64,000 nt of DNA from Candidatus Dormiibacterota bacterium (lineage in GTDB: Bacteria; Acidobacteriota; Polarisedimenticolia; Gp22-AA2): contig DASQAT010000046.1 of assembly GCA_035635555.1 (NCBI GenBank), positions 320,075-384,074 of the forward strand, in the 5' to 3' direction. Position 1 is the first letter of the stretch; each line of letters opens with the position of its first letter. Both the position numbers and the translations under genes were made by a program. Of the stretch, positions 30,309 to 40,130 are shown piece by piece. The notes under the pieces were generated by a model, which searched no databases, was not told where the DNA came from, and saw only the letters and a list, made by a program, of their open reading frames with translations.

Positions 30309-30571
30309 TGGGAAACTTCATCGGCGGCTCCGCCTACGCCATGTCGCGCGACATCGCGGAGGGACTGATCCTGGTCAACACCAACACCTTCAAGAAATTC
30401 TCGACGGTCGAACTGAAGCAGCTTGCCTTCGAGCTGGACAGGGTCCAGAAGGAGGCCCGCTCCGAGCAGCCGGCAGGTGACGACACCCAGGCGATCCAGA
30501 AGCGCGGACGCAAGCTTGGCCGTATCACCACCGCTCTGCAGATTATCAACCAGTCGATGATCAAGAGATGA
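30308..30571 (+). CDS. Small hypothetical protein (87 aa) translationally coupled between the UbiD-family gene and trpS
   Basis: The ATG overlaps the UbiD stop (TGATG) and its own stop overlaps the trpS start (ATGATG). No recognised domain. Confidence 0.45.
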   Translation: MGNFIGGSAYAMSRDIAEGLILVNTNTFKKFSTVELKQLAFELDRVQKEARSEQPAGDDTQAIQKRGRKLGRITTALQIINQSMIKR

Positions 30572-31599
30572 TGCAGCCCGCCGAAGCCCCTCTCACGGCG
30601 AAGCGTCACCGGGTCCTGTCGGGGTTCCGCCCCACCGGCCCGATGCACATCGGCCACCTTGTGGGGGCGCTCGAGAACTGGATCAAGATGCAGGACACGA
30701 ACGACTGCTTCTTCGCCATCTGCGACTGGCACGCTCTGACGAGCGAGTACGCCGACACGTCCCGACTCAAGGACTATGTCGAGGACATGGCGCTGGACTG
30801 GCTCGCCGCCGGTCTCGACCCCGGGAAGTGCACGATCTTCGTGCAATCGCACGTCCCCGAGCACGCCGAGCTGCACCTCCTTCTGTCGATGATCGTGCCA
30901 CTGCCCTGGCTCGAGCGCGTGCCGACGTACAAGGAGCAGCAGCAGCAGATTTCCAACCGTGATCTGACGACCTACGGGTTCCTGGGATACCCGGTCCTGC
31001 AGGCCGCCGACATCCTGATCTACCGAGCCGACACCGTCCCCGTGGGCGAGGATCAGCTGGCCCACCTCGAACTCTGCAGGGAGATCGCCAGGCGGTTCAA
31101 TTCGCTGTATGGCCCGGTCTTCCCGGAGCCCCAGGCGAAGACGACGCGGTTCCCGCGCGTGCCCGGGACCGACGGGCGTAAGATGAGCAAGTCGTACGGC
31201 AACGCGATCGGCCTCTCCGACCCGATCGAGGAGACGCGGCAGCGGATTCTCAGGATGGTCACCGACCCGGCGCGGAAGACCCGAAAAGATCCCGGCAATC
31301 CGGATGTCTGTCCGGTTTATGATCTGCACAAGGCGTTCTCGAGCCGCGAGACCCAGGAGCGCGTCAACGTGGAATGCCGGAGGGCCGGGATCGGCTGCAT
31401 CGATTGCAAGACGTACCTGCTGGAGCACCTCGCGCCGGTGCTGCTGCCGATCCAGGAGCGCCGCACGCGTCTGACGCAGGACCGCGGTCGGGTGCGCGAC
31501 ATCCTGGCAGACGGGGCGCGGCGGGCGCAGGCCGAGGCCCGCAAGACGATGGAGCTGGTCCGAGCAGCCATGAAAATTGACAGCCGGGGGGCACGGTGA
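30568..31599 (+). CDS. trpS: Tryptophan--tRNA ligase
   Basis: PTGPMHIGHLVG (HIGH) and KMSKSYGN (KMSKS). Confidence 0.9.
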   Translation: MMQPAEAPLTAKRHRVLSGFRPTGPMHIGHLVGALENWIKMQDTNDCFFAICDWHALTSEYADTSRLKDYVEDMALDWLAAGLDPGKCTIFVQSHVPEHAELHLLLSMIVPLPWLERVPTYKEQQQQISNRDLTTYGFLGYPVLQAADILIYRADTVPVGEDQLAHLELCREIARRFNSLYGPVFPEPQAKTTRFPRVPGTDGRKMSKSYGNAIGLSDPIEETRQRILRMVTDPARKTRKDPGNPDVCPVYDLHKAFSSRETQERVNVECRRAGIGCIDCKTYLLEHLAPVLLPIQERRTRLTQDRGRVRDILADGARRAQAEARKTMELVRAAMKIDSRGAR

Positions 31600-32402
31600 A
31601 CGAAGCCACTCCAGTCCCGCCGAAGACTGAGGAGCCGCGGTCGATACCCGCGGCTTCAGGATCGGACGACGTTCGCCTGGACGCCTTCCAGGGGCCGCTC
31701 GATCTCCTTCTCCATCTCGTCCGGATCGAGGAGCTCGACATCACCGAGCTGCGGCTGGCCGAGGTGGCCCGTCAATACAACGAATACCTCGAGCTGAGCC
31801 GGAAGGTGGAGCCGGAGGAGGCGGGGGAGCACGTGGTCGGAGTGGCCACGCTCATCCATCTGAAGTCGCGCCGGCTCCTTCCCCCCGATCCGGCCGCGGC
31901 GGCCGCGGACCCTGCGTCGCCCGAGGAGCGGGCGCAGGTCGACCGGGCGGCGCGCGCCGAGCTGCTTCGTGATGCGGCGGAGCATCTTCAGGAACGGGAG
32001 GCGATCATGGAGCTGGTCTACCTGCGGCCGGCGACGGCGATTGCCGAATACGCCGGCGAGCAGGGCATCGACGCCGACCTGTTCACGCTTCTGCGGGCGT
32101 TCCGCGAGATCCTCCGCCGCGTCGGGAGCGACGAGACGGCGCACATCAGCCGGGAGCGCATCACTCTCGTCGAGAGGATCGCCTGGCTCATGGAGACGGT
32201 GCAGCGGGAACGCCGGGTTCAGTTCCGGTCGCTGTTCAGCGGACTCGAGGATCGAGTCGCCTGCATCCTGACGTTCCTCGCGCTCCTCGAGGTCATCCGT
32301 CTGCACCTCGTGCGCGCGTCCGTGAGCCACCAGTTCGAAGACATCCTCATCGTCCTGGCGGACGAGCCGCCTTCTACGCTCCCCGGGCCCGTCCATGCCT
32401 GA
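31596..32402 (+). CDS. scpA: Segregation and condensation protein A
   Basis: LDAFQGPLDLLLHLVRIEELDITELRLAEVARQYNEYL matches the ScpA N-terminal signature. Confidence 0.8.
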   Translation: MNEATPVPPKTEEPRSIPAASGSDDVRLDAFQGPLDLLLHLVRIEELDITELRLAEVARQYNEYLELSRKVEPEEAGEHVVGVATLIHLKSRRLLPPDPAAAAADPASPEERAQVDRAARAELLRDAAEHLQEREAIMELVYLRPATAIAEYAGEQGIDADLFTLLRAFREILRRVGSDETAHISRERITLVERIAWLMETVQRERRVQFRSLFSGLEDRVACILTFLALLEVIRLHLVRASVSHQFEDILIVLADEPPSTLPGPVHA

Positions 32403-33111
32403 GACACCGGCGCCCCCGCAGGGCGGCAGGCTGCGGGCCATCGTCGAGGCCCTGGTGTTCGCGGCGGAAGAGCCCTTGATGATCGACGACCTGGTGGATT
32501 TGTTCCCCGGGTCCGACCGGGAGACTCTCGTGGCCGCGCTGGAGACCGTGGCCGGATCGTGCGAGCCGGAGGAACGGGGCGTGATGGTGCAGCGCGTGGC
32601 GGGAGGCTATCGCATGACCACGAAGCCGGATCTGGGGGAGTGGGTGCGCGCCCTGTTCCGCTCCCGCAACCGACGCCGCCTGTCGTCCCAGGCACTGGAG
32701 ACGCTCGCGATCATCGCCTACCGTCAACCGATCACGACCCCGGAGATCCAGACAATTCGCGGCATCGACCCATCCTCGGTCCTGGAAGCCCTGCTCGAAA
32801 AGAAACTTGTGCGGATCGTGGGACGCAAGAAGGTGGTCGGCAAACCCTTCCTGTACGGTACGACCTCCGAGTTCCTGGCGCACTTCGGACTGAACTCCCT
32901 GCAGGACCTGCCGGACGTCTCGGATTTCGAGGCCCTGGCGGGTTCGGCGGGGGCGCCGACCGCGGCTGCCGCACACGAGCTCGCCGCGCTGGGCGCGGTC
33001 GCGGAGCACGGACCCTTCGAGGAGGACAACGAAAACGGCGGCAACGGTGAAGACACCTCGGACGATGAGGACGACGAAAACGAGCGTGGGGACGACGGAG
33101 ACGACTCCTGA
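32395..33111 (+). CDS. scpB: Segregation and condensation protein B
   Basis: LRAIVEALVFAAEEPL... winged-helix ScpB pattern with an acidic C-terminal tail. Overlaps the scpA end. Confidence 0.75.
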   Translation: MPETPAPPQGGRLRAIVEALVFAAEEPLMIDDLVDLFPGSDRETLVAALETVAGSCEPEERGVMVQRVAGGYRMTTKPDLGEWVRALFRSRNRRRLSSQALETLAIIAYRQPITTPEIQTIRGIDPSSVLEALLEKKLVRIVGRKKVVGKPFLYGTTSEFLAHFGLNSLQDLPDVSDFEALAGSAGAPTAAAAHELAALGAVAEHGPFEEDNENGGNGEDTSDDEDDENERGDDGDDS

Positions 33112-33832
33112 CCTCTCCCGCGGGATCCGCCTGCAGAAATTCCTCGCCGACGCGGGCATTGCTTCTCGACGCGAGGGCGAGCGTCTGATCCAGGCGGGCC
33201 GGGTCGAGGTGAACGGACGGACGTCCACCCTGCTCGGCGTGCGTGTCGATCCCGAGCGCGATCAGGTGCGGGTCGACGGGCGCCGGGTGCGGGTGGCAGG
33301 GGTACGAGTCTACTACCTCCTGAACAAGCCGAAGGGCGTCATCACCTCCTCCGCCGATCCGCAGGGGCGTCCGACCGTCGTCGAGCTCCTGCAGGGTGTG
33401 CGCGACCGCGTCTTTCCGGTAGGGCGACTCGACTGGAACAGCGAAGGTCTCCTGATCCTGACCAACGACGGGGACCTGGCCTATCGTCTGACGCATCCGT
33501 CGAATCACGTCGCGAAGGTCTACCGGGTCAAGGTCAAGGGCACGGTGGGTGATCCGGACCTCCAGGCGCTCCGGCGCGGTCTTCCCCTCGACGGCCGCAA
33601 GACCCTGCCGGCCAAAATCGAAAGGATATCCGGACAAGCGAACTCCTGGCTCGAGATCACGCTGTACGAGGGACGCAACAACCAGATCCGGAGGATGTTC
33701 GACCGCCTCGGGCACAGGGTGCAGAAACTCAAGCGGATCTCCATCGGACCGATCCGCGATCGTGCGTTGAAACCGGGCGAGTGGCGCCGGCTTACCGCCG
33801 AGGAAATCCGACGCCTCCTGGAGGGAACGTGA
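33047..33832 (+). CDS. rluB: RluB/RsuA-family rRNA pseudouridine synthase (S4 + PseudoU synthase domains)
   Basis: S4 domain (RLQKFLADAGIASRREGERLIQAGRVEVNG) and catalytic VGRLDWNSEGLLILTNDGDLAYRLTHPS. The exact start is uncertain and overlaps scpB. Confidence 0.7.
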   Translation: MKTPRTMRTTKTSVGTTETTPDLSRGIRLQKFLADAGIASRREGERLIQAGRVEVNGRTSTLLGVRVDPERDQVRVDGRRVRVAGVRVYYLLNKPKGVITSSADPQGRPTVVELLQGVRDRVFPVGRLDWNSEGLLILTNDGDLAYRLTHPSNHVAKVYRVKVKGTVGDPDLQALRRGLPLDGRKTLPAKIERISGQANSWLEITLYEGRNNQIRRMFDRLGHRVQKLKRISIGPIRDRALKPGEWRRLTAEEIRRLLEGT

Positions 33833-34956
33833 AGGTCCGCGTGCCGGAGCACATCTTGAAGATCGCACCGTACGTCCCCGGGAAGCCGATCGAGGAAGCG
33901 GAGAGGCAGCTGGGGATCCGTCAGGTCGTCAAGCTGGCGAGCAACGAAAATCCGCTGGGCCCATCGCCGCGGGCGCTCAAAGCGATCCGCGACACCGTCG
34001 GTCGCGTCCACCGTTATCCCGACAGCCGCGGACATGATCTGCGACAGGCCCTGGCTGAACGTCTGCGTCTGCCCGCCGACCAGATCGTCCTTGGGAACGG
34101 CTCCACCGAGCTGGTGGAAATCCTGGCGAAGACATTCCTGTCGCGCGACCGCGGGGCGGTCATAGCCGACCAGTCGTTCATCATGTATTCGATCGCCGTG
34201 CGGGCGATGGCAGCACCCCTGCGTCTGGTGCCCCTGGTGGACAACCGGCACGACCTCGAGGCGATGGCCATGACCTGCGACGACACCACGGCGCTGGTCT
34301 ACATCGGCAATCCGAATAATCCGACGGGGACGCACGTCGGCCGCGCCGCTTTCGACGCCTACTTCAGCCGGGTGCCGCCCCATGTGCTGACCGTCGTCGA
34401 CGAGGCCTACCGTGACTATGTCGAGGTCGCCGACTACCCGGACTGTCTCGATGACCTGCGTCAAGGCAGGAACGTCGTGGTCCTGCGGACCTTTTCCAAG
34501 ATTTACGGACTGGCGGGGATGCGGATCGGCTACGCCCTCACCGTCAAAGAAGTGGCGCAGGCCTTGGAAGGGGTGCGCTCCCCGTTCAACACCTCCGTAC
34601 TCGCCCAGGCCGCGGCCTGTGCTGCTCTCGAAGACGTCGATCACGTCGCCCGCTCGAAGACGGAGAACAGCCGGGAGGCGGCATTCCTGGCGGCGGAGCT
34701 GTCGCGAAGAGGGGTCAAGTTCGTGCCGACCGTGGCCAACTTCTTTCTGGTATTCACCTCCCGGAAGGGAGAAGAAGCGTACCAGGCGCTCCTGCAGCTG
34801 GGGGTGATTGTTCGACCGATGGACGCATACGGATTCGCGCACGCGGTGCGAGTCTCGGTCGGTACCCGCCAGGAAAACGAGCGCTTTCTGGAGGCGCTGG
34901 ACCAGGTCGCCGCAGGTGCCACGGACCAGGCGCGGAAGACCTACAGCGTCTCGTAA
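33826..34956 (+). CDS. hisC: Histidinol-phosphate aminotransferase
   Basis: IAPYVPGKPIEE...KLASNENPLGPSP. Probable GTG start at 33826 after GGAGGG, overlapping the rluB stop (GTGA). Confidence 0.8.
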   Translation, partial: NVKVRVPEHILKIAPYVPGKPIEEAERQLGIRQVVKLASNENPLGPSPRALKAIRDTVGRVHRYPDSRGHDLRQALAERLRLPADQIVLGNGSTELVEILAKTFLSRDRGAVIADQSFIMYSIAVRAMAAPLRLVPLVDNRHDLEAMAMTCDDTTALVYIGNPNNPTGTHVGRAAFDAYFSRVPPHVLTVVDEAYRDYVEVADYPDCLDDLRQGRNVVVLRTFSKIYGLAGMRIGYALTVKEVAQALEGVRSPFNTSVLAQAAACAALEDVDHVARSKTENSREAAFLAAELSRRGVKFVPTVANFFLVFTSRKGEEAYQALLQLGVIVRPMDAYGFAHAVRVSVGTRQENERFLEALDQVAAGATDQARKTYSVS

Positions 34957-34981
34957 TCCGATGAAAATAAAGTTTTTCTTA

Positions 34982-35010
34982 TTGACAGACGGGGGGGTGG
35001 TCAGTATGCT
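34982..35010 (+). promoter_or_regulatory. Candidate sigma70 promoter for rpsA (TTGACA-17-TATGCT) with AT-rich UP-like sequence upstream
   Basis: Hexamers at 34982-34987 and 35005-35010. A ~200-nt leader precedes rpsA. Confidence 0.45.
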
Positions 35011-35217
35011 TTCCCAATCCTGCCCCAAGGGCTGATGGCTGTCCAGGCGACTATTGCCTGTGCCATCGACCAAGGCGGGACGGAGACCCAACCGGTTCGG
35101 CCCAGTGAATCTCCGCGTCACATGTCGTGAGCCGGGACGAGACAGTCCGTCCAAGAATCGGTACCGCCGGCCTCTAGGCAACCGGCGACCGAAATAAACA
35201 AGGAGGTACCTGCCTGC
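35011..35217 (+). promoter_or_regulatory. Long rpsA 5' leader (candidate autoregulatory region)
   Basis: About 200 nt between the predicted -10 and the rpsA ATG, ending in AAGGAGG. S1 autoregulates through its leader in other bacteria. Confidence 0.3.
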
Positions 35218-37074
35218 ATGGATTTGCAGAAAATGAAAGACGACCCCGCACTCGGACCGCTTGATGCGGCCCCCCAGAACCTGAATCCCTCTCCCAAGCC
35301 GAAACGGACCGAACGCCTCAGACCGATGGATGGCGTGGATTCCGAGCTCAAGGACGGCGAATACGAGCAGCTCCTTGAGATGTACGACCAGTCCCTGCGC
35401 ACGCTGGCGGAGGGGGAAGTCGTCCGGGGACGCGTCCTGCGCATCAGCGGAAACGAAGTGGTCGTGGACGTCGGCTACAAGTCCGAGGGAATCATCGACA
35501 AGGACGAATTCCTCGGCCCGGACGGGCAGATTCATGTAAGCGTCGGCGACGAAATCGACGTTCTCCTGGAGAAGACCGAGAACAAGGACGGCTACGTGGT
35601 CCTCTCCAAGGAGAAGGCCGAAAAAATGAAGGTGTGGGAGGAGATTGAACGCGCCTACACCGACGGCCGGCCCGTGACCGGTATCGTGAAGGAGCGCATC
35701 AAAGGAGGCCTGGCCGTGGACATCGGTGTCCGCGCTTTCCTGCCCGGCTCCCTGGTCGACCTGCGACCGGTGCGCAACCTGGACGCGATGAAGGGGAAAG
35801 AGCTACAGATGCGGGTCATCAAGGTGAACCGCAAGCGCGGCAACATTGTGCTGTCGAGGAAGGCGGTCCTCGAGGAGGAGAACGCCGAGAAGAAGCGCCG
35901 CACTCTTGGAGGGCTGACCGAGGGCAAGGTCGTCCGCGGCGTGGTGAAGAACATCACCGAGTACGGCGCCTTCATCGATCTGGGCGGGATCGACGGCCTC
36001 CTCCACAAGACGGACATGTCCTGGGGACGCGTCAACCATCCGACCGAAATGTTCAACGTCGGGGACGAAGTTGAAGTCGTGGTCCTCAAGTTCGATCCCG
36101 AGAAGGAGCGCGTGTCGCTCGGGTACAAGCAGCGGAGTCTGGATCCCTGGGAGACCGTCGATGAGAAGTACCCTCGCGAGTCGCGCGTCAAGGGCAAGGT
36201 CGTCAGCCTGACGGACTACGGGGCCTTCATCGAGCTCGAGCCGGGGGTCGAGGGGCTGATCCACGTTTCGGAGATGTCCTGGACCAAGAGAGTGAAACAC
36301 CCGTCCAAGGTGATGACGGTCGGCGACATGGTTGAAGCGGTCGTCCTGGACGTGGACAAGGCGGCGCGCCGACTGTCTCTTGGTCTGCGCCAGACCGAGC
36401 CGAACCCGTGGCAGACGATCAGTGAAAAGTACCATGAAGGCGATCGGATCACCGGCAAGGTGCGCAACCTCACCGACTTCGGAGCGTTCATCGAAGTCGA
36501 GGAGGGCATCGACGGCCTGGTCCACATCTCCGACATGTCCTGGACCAAGCGGCTCAAGCACCCCTCCGAAATGCTGAAGAAGGGGGACGATGTCGAGGCC
36601 GTGATTCTCAAGATCGACTCGGAGAACCAGCGTCTCTCCCTCGGCATCAAGCAGCTGCAGCCCAACATCTGGGAGGAGTTCTTCAAGACCTACTCAGTCG
36701 GCGATTTGGTCACCGGTCGTGTCGTCCGCCTGACTGATTTCGGGGCGTTCGTCGAGATTTCCGAAGGGATCGAGGGCCTGGTGCACGTGTCCGAGATCGC
36801 CGAGGAACGCGTCGAGAAGCCGGCCGACAAATTGCGCGTCGACGACGCCGTCACCACGAAGATCATCAAGATGGACATCGCCGAGCAGAAGATCGGTTTG
36901 TCGATCAAGGCCGCGGCACAGGACCAAAGCCGCGAGGAACTGAAGAACTACATGAAGGCGCAGCCAGGCGGAACGATCAACCTGGGTGAGGTCGCTGGTC
37001 ATTCCGGCCGCCGCCGCGAGGAGAAACGCCGCCGAGGGCGCGACACCTTTGAAGAGACCGACGACGAGGATTAG
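35218..37074 (+). CDS. rpsA: 30S ribosomal protein S1
   Basis: Six S1 repeats (GxVxG...FGAFIDL/VE...GLLH/VS...). Confidence 0.9.
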   Translation: MDLQKMKDDPALGPLDAAPQNLNPSPKPKRTERLRPMDGVDSELKDGEYEQLLEMYDQSLRTLAEGEVVRGRVLRISGNEVVVDVGYKSEGIIDKDEFLGPDGQIHVSVGDEIDVLLEKTENKDGYVVLSKEKAEKMKVWEEIERAYTDGRPVTGIVKERIKGGLAVDIGVRAFLPGSLVDLRPVRNLDAMKGKELQMRVIKVNRKRGNIVLSRKAVLEEENAEKKRRTLGGLTEGKVVRGVVKNITEYGAFIDLGGIDGLLHKTDMSWGRVNHPTEMFNVGDEVEVVVLKFDPEKERVSLGYKQRSLDPWETVDEKYPRESRVKGKVVSLTDYGAFIELEPGVEGLIHVSEMSWTKRVKHPSKVMTVGDMVEAVVLDVDKAARRLSLGLRQTEPNPWQTISEKYHEGDRITGKVRNLTDFGAFIEVEEGIDGLVHISDMSWTKRLKHPSEMLKKGDDVEAVILKIDSENQRLSLGIKQLQPNIWEEFFKTYSVGDLVTGRVVRLTDFGAFVEISEGIEGLVHVSEIAEERVEKPADKLRVDDAVTTKIIKMDIAEQKIGLSIKAAAQDQSREELKNYMKAQPGGTINLGEVAGHSGRRREEKRRRGRDTFEETDDED

Positions 37075-37137
37075 ACACCGCGGACCGTGCGGCGGGTGCT
37101 TCCGGCGCGTGCCGCGACGGTGGGATGGGACGCAACC

Positions 37138-37470
37138 ATGACGAAGGCCGAGCTTGTGGAAGAGGTGGCCCGGGTCTCGGAGCTGACCAAGAAGCACTCC
37201 GAGGTCATCGTCAACACTGTTTTCGACTCGATCATCGACGCCCTGCGGAAGGACGAGAAGATCGAGCTGAGGGGCTTCGGCAGCTTCCGTATCCGACAGC
37301 GTCGATCACGACAAGGCCGAAACCCCAAGACAGGCGACAAGGTCGACGTCCCGGCCAAGCGGATCCCGTACTTCAAGCCGGGCAAGGAACTGAAGGAATT
37401 GATCAACAATTCGGCGCAGTCCTCCGAGCCGGCGGCTTCCTCCGTCACCTCGACCGGCGTGGAGCCCTGA
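37138..37470 (+). CDS. ihfB: Integration host factor beta subunit-like
   Basis: MTKAELVEEVA...RIELRGFGSF..RQGRNPKTGDKV..P.FKPGKELK closely parallels IhfB. Conserved position downstream of rpsA. Confidence 0.8.
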   Translation: MTKAELVEEVARVSELTKKHSEVIVNTVFDSIIDALRKDEKIELRGFGSFRIRQRRSRQGRNPKTGDKVDVPAKRIPYFKPGKELKELINNSAQSSEPAASSVTSTGVEP

Positions 37471-37488
37471 GAGTCCGCCCTCCCTCGC

Positions 37489-38049
37489 ATGGACAAGCTC
37501 TTCAGCCCCTGGCGCCTCCGCTATATCCGGGGGGCGGGGCGCGCGCGGGGCCGGGGCTGCGTATTCTGCCGGGCCGTGCGCAGCGGGAGCGACCGGACGA
37601 ACCTCGTTGTCCTGCGAGGCCGTTGCAACTACGTCATCCTCAACAAGTACCCCTACAACAACGGGCACATGATGATCGTACCGTTTGCCCACGTGCCGTC
37701 TCTCCAGGATGCCCCGGTCGAGACGCTCCAGGAGATGATGGCGCTCGCGGTCCGATGTGAAGCGGCGCTCCGAGCGGCCTATCGTCCCACGGGGATCAAT
37801 CTGGGCATGAACCTCGGGCGGAGCGCCGGGGCGGGCATCGAAGAGCACTTTCACCTGCACATCGTCCCTCGCTGGGAGGGGGACACGAACTTCATGTCTG
37901 TCGTCCACGGCACGCGCGTGATTCCGGAGTCGCTGCAGGCGACCTATCGCAGACTCCGTCCACTCCTCGTCTCGAGAGACGGAGCGCCGCGCTCCGTGGC
38001 CCCGAGGCCCTCAGGGGCAGATCGCCGGCCGACACGTCGTGGGAGGTGA
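37489..38049 (+). CDS. HIT-family nucleotide hydrolase/transferase
   Basis: Histidine triad HFHLHIVPRWEGD. Confidence 0.7.
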   Translation: MDKLFSPWRLRYIRGAGRARGRGCVFCRAVRSGSDRTNLVVLRGRCNYVILNKYPYNNGHMMIVPFAHVPSLQDAPVETLQEMMALAVRCEAALRAAYRPTGINLGMNLGRSAGAGIEEHFHLHIVPRWEGDTNFMSVVHGTRVIPESLQATYRRLRPLLVSRDGAPRSVAPRPSGADRRPTRRGR

Positions 38050-38053
38050 GGTG

Positions 38054-39385
38054 ATGTCCGAGAGCCGCCCCCGGCGCTATCTCATCGAAACCTGGGGCTG
38101 TCAGATGAACCAGCATGACTCCGAGAAAATGGCGGGGATCCTGGTCGATCTCGGGTACTCGCCGGCGACGGACGAGAGCGAGGCCGATCTCATCCTCTTG
38201 AACACCTGCAGCGTCAGGGAAAAGGCGGAGAACAAAGTATACGGACGCCTCGGGCGGCTCCGCCGACTGAAGAGATCCAATCCGGAATTGCTTCTGGGTG
38301 TCGTCGGGTGCGTGGCGCAGCAGGCAGGGGAGGGGATCTTCCGCCGGGCCCCGTATGTGGATCTCGTCATGGGGCCCCGCAATCTTTCACGCCTCGGCCA
38401 GCTGATCGAGGAGGCCCGCCGTGAGGGCCACTCCATCGGTCTGGCCCGGGATGACGACCCTATCATCTTTCCCACCGGCACGACGGCACGTGCCTCCGGG
38501 CCGAAGGCGTTCGTCACGGTCATGGAAGGGTGCAACAAGTCGTGCACCTATTGCATCGTCCCTTTCACCCGGGGTCGAGAGGTGTATCGCCCTCACGAGG
38601 AGATCCTGCGCGAAGTCCGCGAATTGACGGCGAACGGCTATCTGGAGATCGAGTTTCTCGGCCAGAACGTCAATGCCTATCACGATGGCGGGTGTGACTT
38701 TGCGTCGCTTCTGCACATGGCGGACCGTGTCCAGGGTGTTCGACGCGTTCGATTCACCACCTCGCACCCCGGCCACCTGACGCGCGGGATCATGGACGCC
38801 ATGCGAAGCGTGACCAGCGTCTGCAACCATCTGCATCTTCCCGCCCAATGCGGATCCGATCGGGTTCTGCGGTCCATGAATCGCGGCTACACCCGTGCCC
38901 GCTACCTTTCCAAGATTGACTGCCTCAAGAAGACCGTTCCGGACATGGCGTTCAGCACCGACATCATCGTGGGCTTCCCGGGAGAGTTGGAGTCCGACTT
39001 TCAGGACAGCCTGACCCTCCTGCGCGAAGTTGAATACGACCAGGTGTATGCCTTCACCTACTCGCCGCGACCCGGCACGGAAGCGCCGCGGCTCGACTCG
39101 GCTCTTCCGGAGGACATCAAACAGTCCCGCCTCCGGGAGCTCCTGGCTCTGCAGGAGTCGATCCAGGTGCGGCGCAACGCAGGGCTGATCGGACGGACGT
39201 TCGAGGTGCTCGTCGACGGGACCGGGCGTCTCGACAACGGGTTGCTGAAAGGGCGAACGCGCTGCAACCGGATTGTTCATTTCCCGGGGCCGGCGTGCCG
39301 CGGCGATCTCGTCGATGTGAGAATCACGCGCGCCCACGCACACTCGTTGATCGGCGAGACCGGTCCGACGCGTGGCGCTGCTTGA
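38054..39385 (+). CDS. miaB: tRNA-2-methylthio-N6-dimethylallyladenosine synthase (radical SAM methylthiotransferase)
   Basis: RYLIETWGCQMNQHDSE (MTTase N-terminus), CNKSCTYCIVP (radical SAM) and TRAM C-terminus. ATG 38054 after GGAGGTGAGG. Confidence 0.85.
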   Translation: MSESRPRRYLIETWGCQMNQHDSEKMAGILVDLGYSPATDESEADLILLNTCSVREKAENKVYGRLGRLRRLKRSNPELLLGVVGCVAQQAGEGIFRRAPYVDLVMGPRNLSRLGQLIEEARREGHSIGLARDDDPIIFPTGTTARASGPKAFVTVMEGCNKSCTYCIVPFTRGREVYRPHEEILREVRELTANGYLEIEFLGQNVNAYHDGGCDFASLLHMADRVQGVRRVRFTTSHPGHLTRGIMDAMRSVTSVCNHLHLPAQCGSDRVLRSMNRGYTRARYLSKIDCLKKTVPDMAFSTDIIVGFPGELESDFQDSLTLLREVEYDQVYAFTYSPRPGTEAPRLDSALPEDIKQSRLRELLALQESIQVRRNAGLIGRTFEVLVDGTGRLDNGLLKGRTRCNRIVHFPGPACRGDLVDVRITRAHAHSLIGETGPTRGAA

Positions 39386-39427
39386 CTTGCCCGGATGGCC
39401 GGGTTATAAGAACGAACGGGGGAGAGG

Positions 39428-39922
39428 ATGGGAGCGATGGAGCTCGAAATGAAAATCAAGGGGCTGATGATCGATCCGATCACGAACATGCCGATCATCA
39501 TCCTGCGCGATCCTTCCAGCTCGGCTGTCCTGCCGATCTGGGTCGGCATCTTCGAAGCCAATGCCATCGCTCTCCAGATCGAGAAAATCGTCACCCCTCG
39601 TCCGATGACGCACGACCTTCTCAAGAGCATCCTCGACAGCATTCACGCCGCCGTTGAAAAGGTCGTCATCACGGATCTGAAGGACAATACCTTCTATGCT
39701 CTCATCTTTCTCAACCACGACGGCAAAGTCGTCCCTATCGACTCTCGCCCGAGCGACGCGATCGCGTTGGCGCTGCGCACCGGGTCCCCGATCTTCGTGA
39801 AGAGCGACGTGATTGAAAAAGCGAAGAACACCGACCTGACGAAGGACGCAGGGGAATCGGAGCGAATCCGCAAGTGGCTCGAGAATCTCGACCCTGACGA
39901 GATGGGAAAGTACGAAATGTAG
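39428..39922 (+). CDS. Bifunctional nuclease (BFN/DUF151) family protein
   Basis: IDPITNMPIIILRD...VLPIWVG..EA..I....DSRPSDAIALALR pattern. Start is 39428 or 39437. Confidence 0.55.
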   Translation: MGAMELEMKIKGLMIDPITNMPIIILRDPSSSAVLPIWVGIFEANAIALQIEKIVTPRPMTHDLLKSILDSIHAAVEKVVITDLKDNTFYALIFLNHDGKVVPIDSRPSDAIALALRTGSPIFVKSDVIEKAKNTDLTKDAGESERIRKWLENLDPDEMGKYEM

Positions 39923-40011
39923 GTTGTGCGCCCTCGTAGACATGTCCAAGTCGTTCATTACACAAATCTTAGAGCACGCGCTGGCTCCGTGACATATTAT
40001 CTGCCTCAGTC

Positions 40012-40041
40012 TTGACACTCCAGAGGCCGCTTCGGTATAAA
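40012..40041 (+). promoter_or_regulatory. Candidate sigma70 promoter for parAB (TTGACA-18-TATAAA)
   Basis: Hexamers at 40012-40017 and 40036-40041 in a lower-GC intergenic region. Confidence 0.45.
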
Positions 40042-40085
40042 GCGTCATCGGCGGCCGGCATTTCAAAGCACGCTTCGGCATCGCG

Positions 40086-40110
40086 CGACGTGACCGATAG
40101 GTCACGACGT
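40086..40110 (+). promoter_or_regulatory. Inverted repeat cgaCGTGACC-gata-GGTCACGacg between the promoter and parA start (candidate operator / partition site)
   Basis: 10-bp arms with one mismatch and a 4-nt spacer, about 25 nt upstream of the parA GTG. Confidence 0.4.
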
Positions 40111-40130
40111 GAGACGGAGAACCCCGGCAC

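Noticed and set aside
39923-40130. Canonical parS site near parAB.
   Set aside because: No match to TGTTTCACGTGAAACA. Only the CGTGACC/GGTCACG dyad is present.
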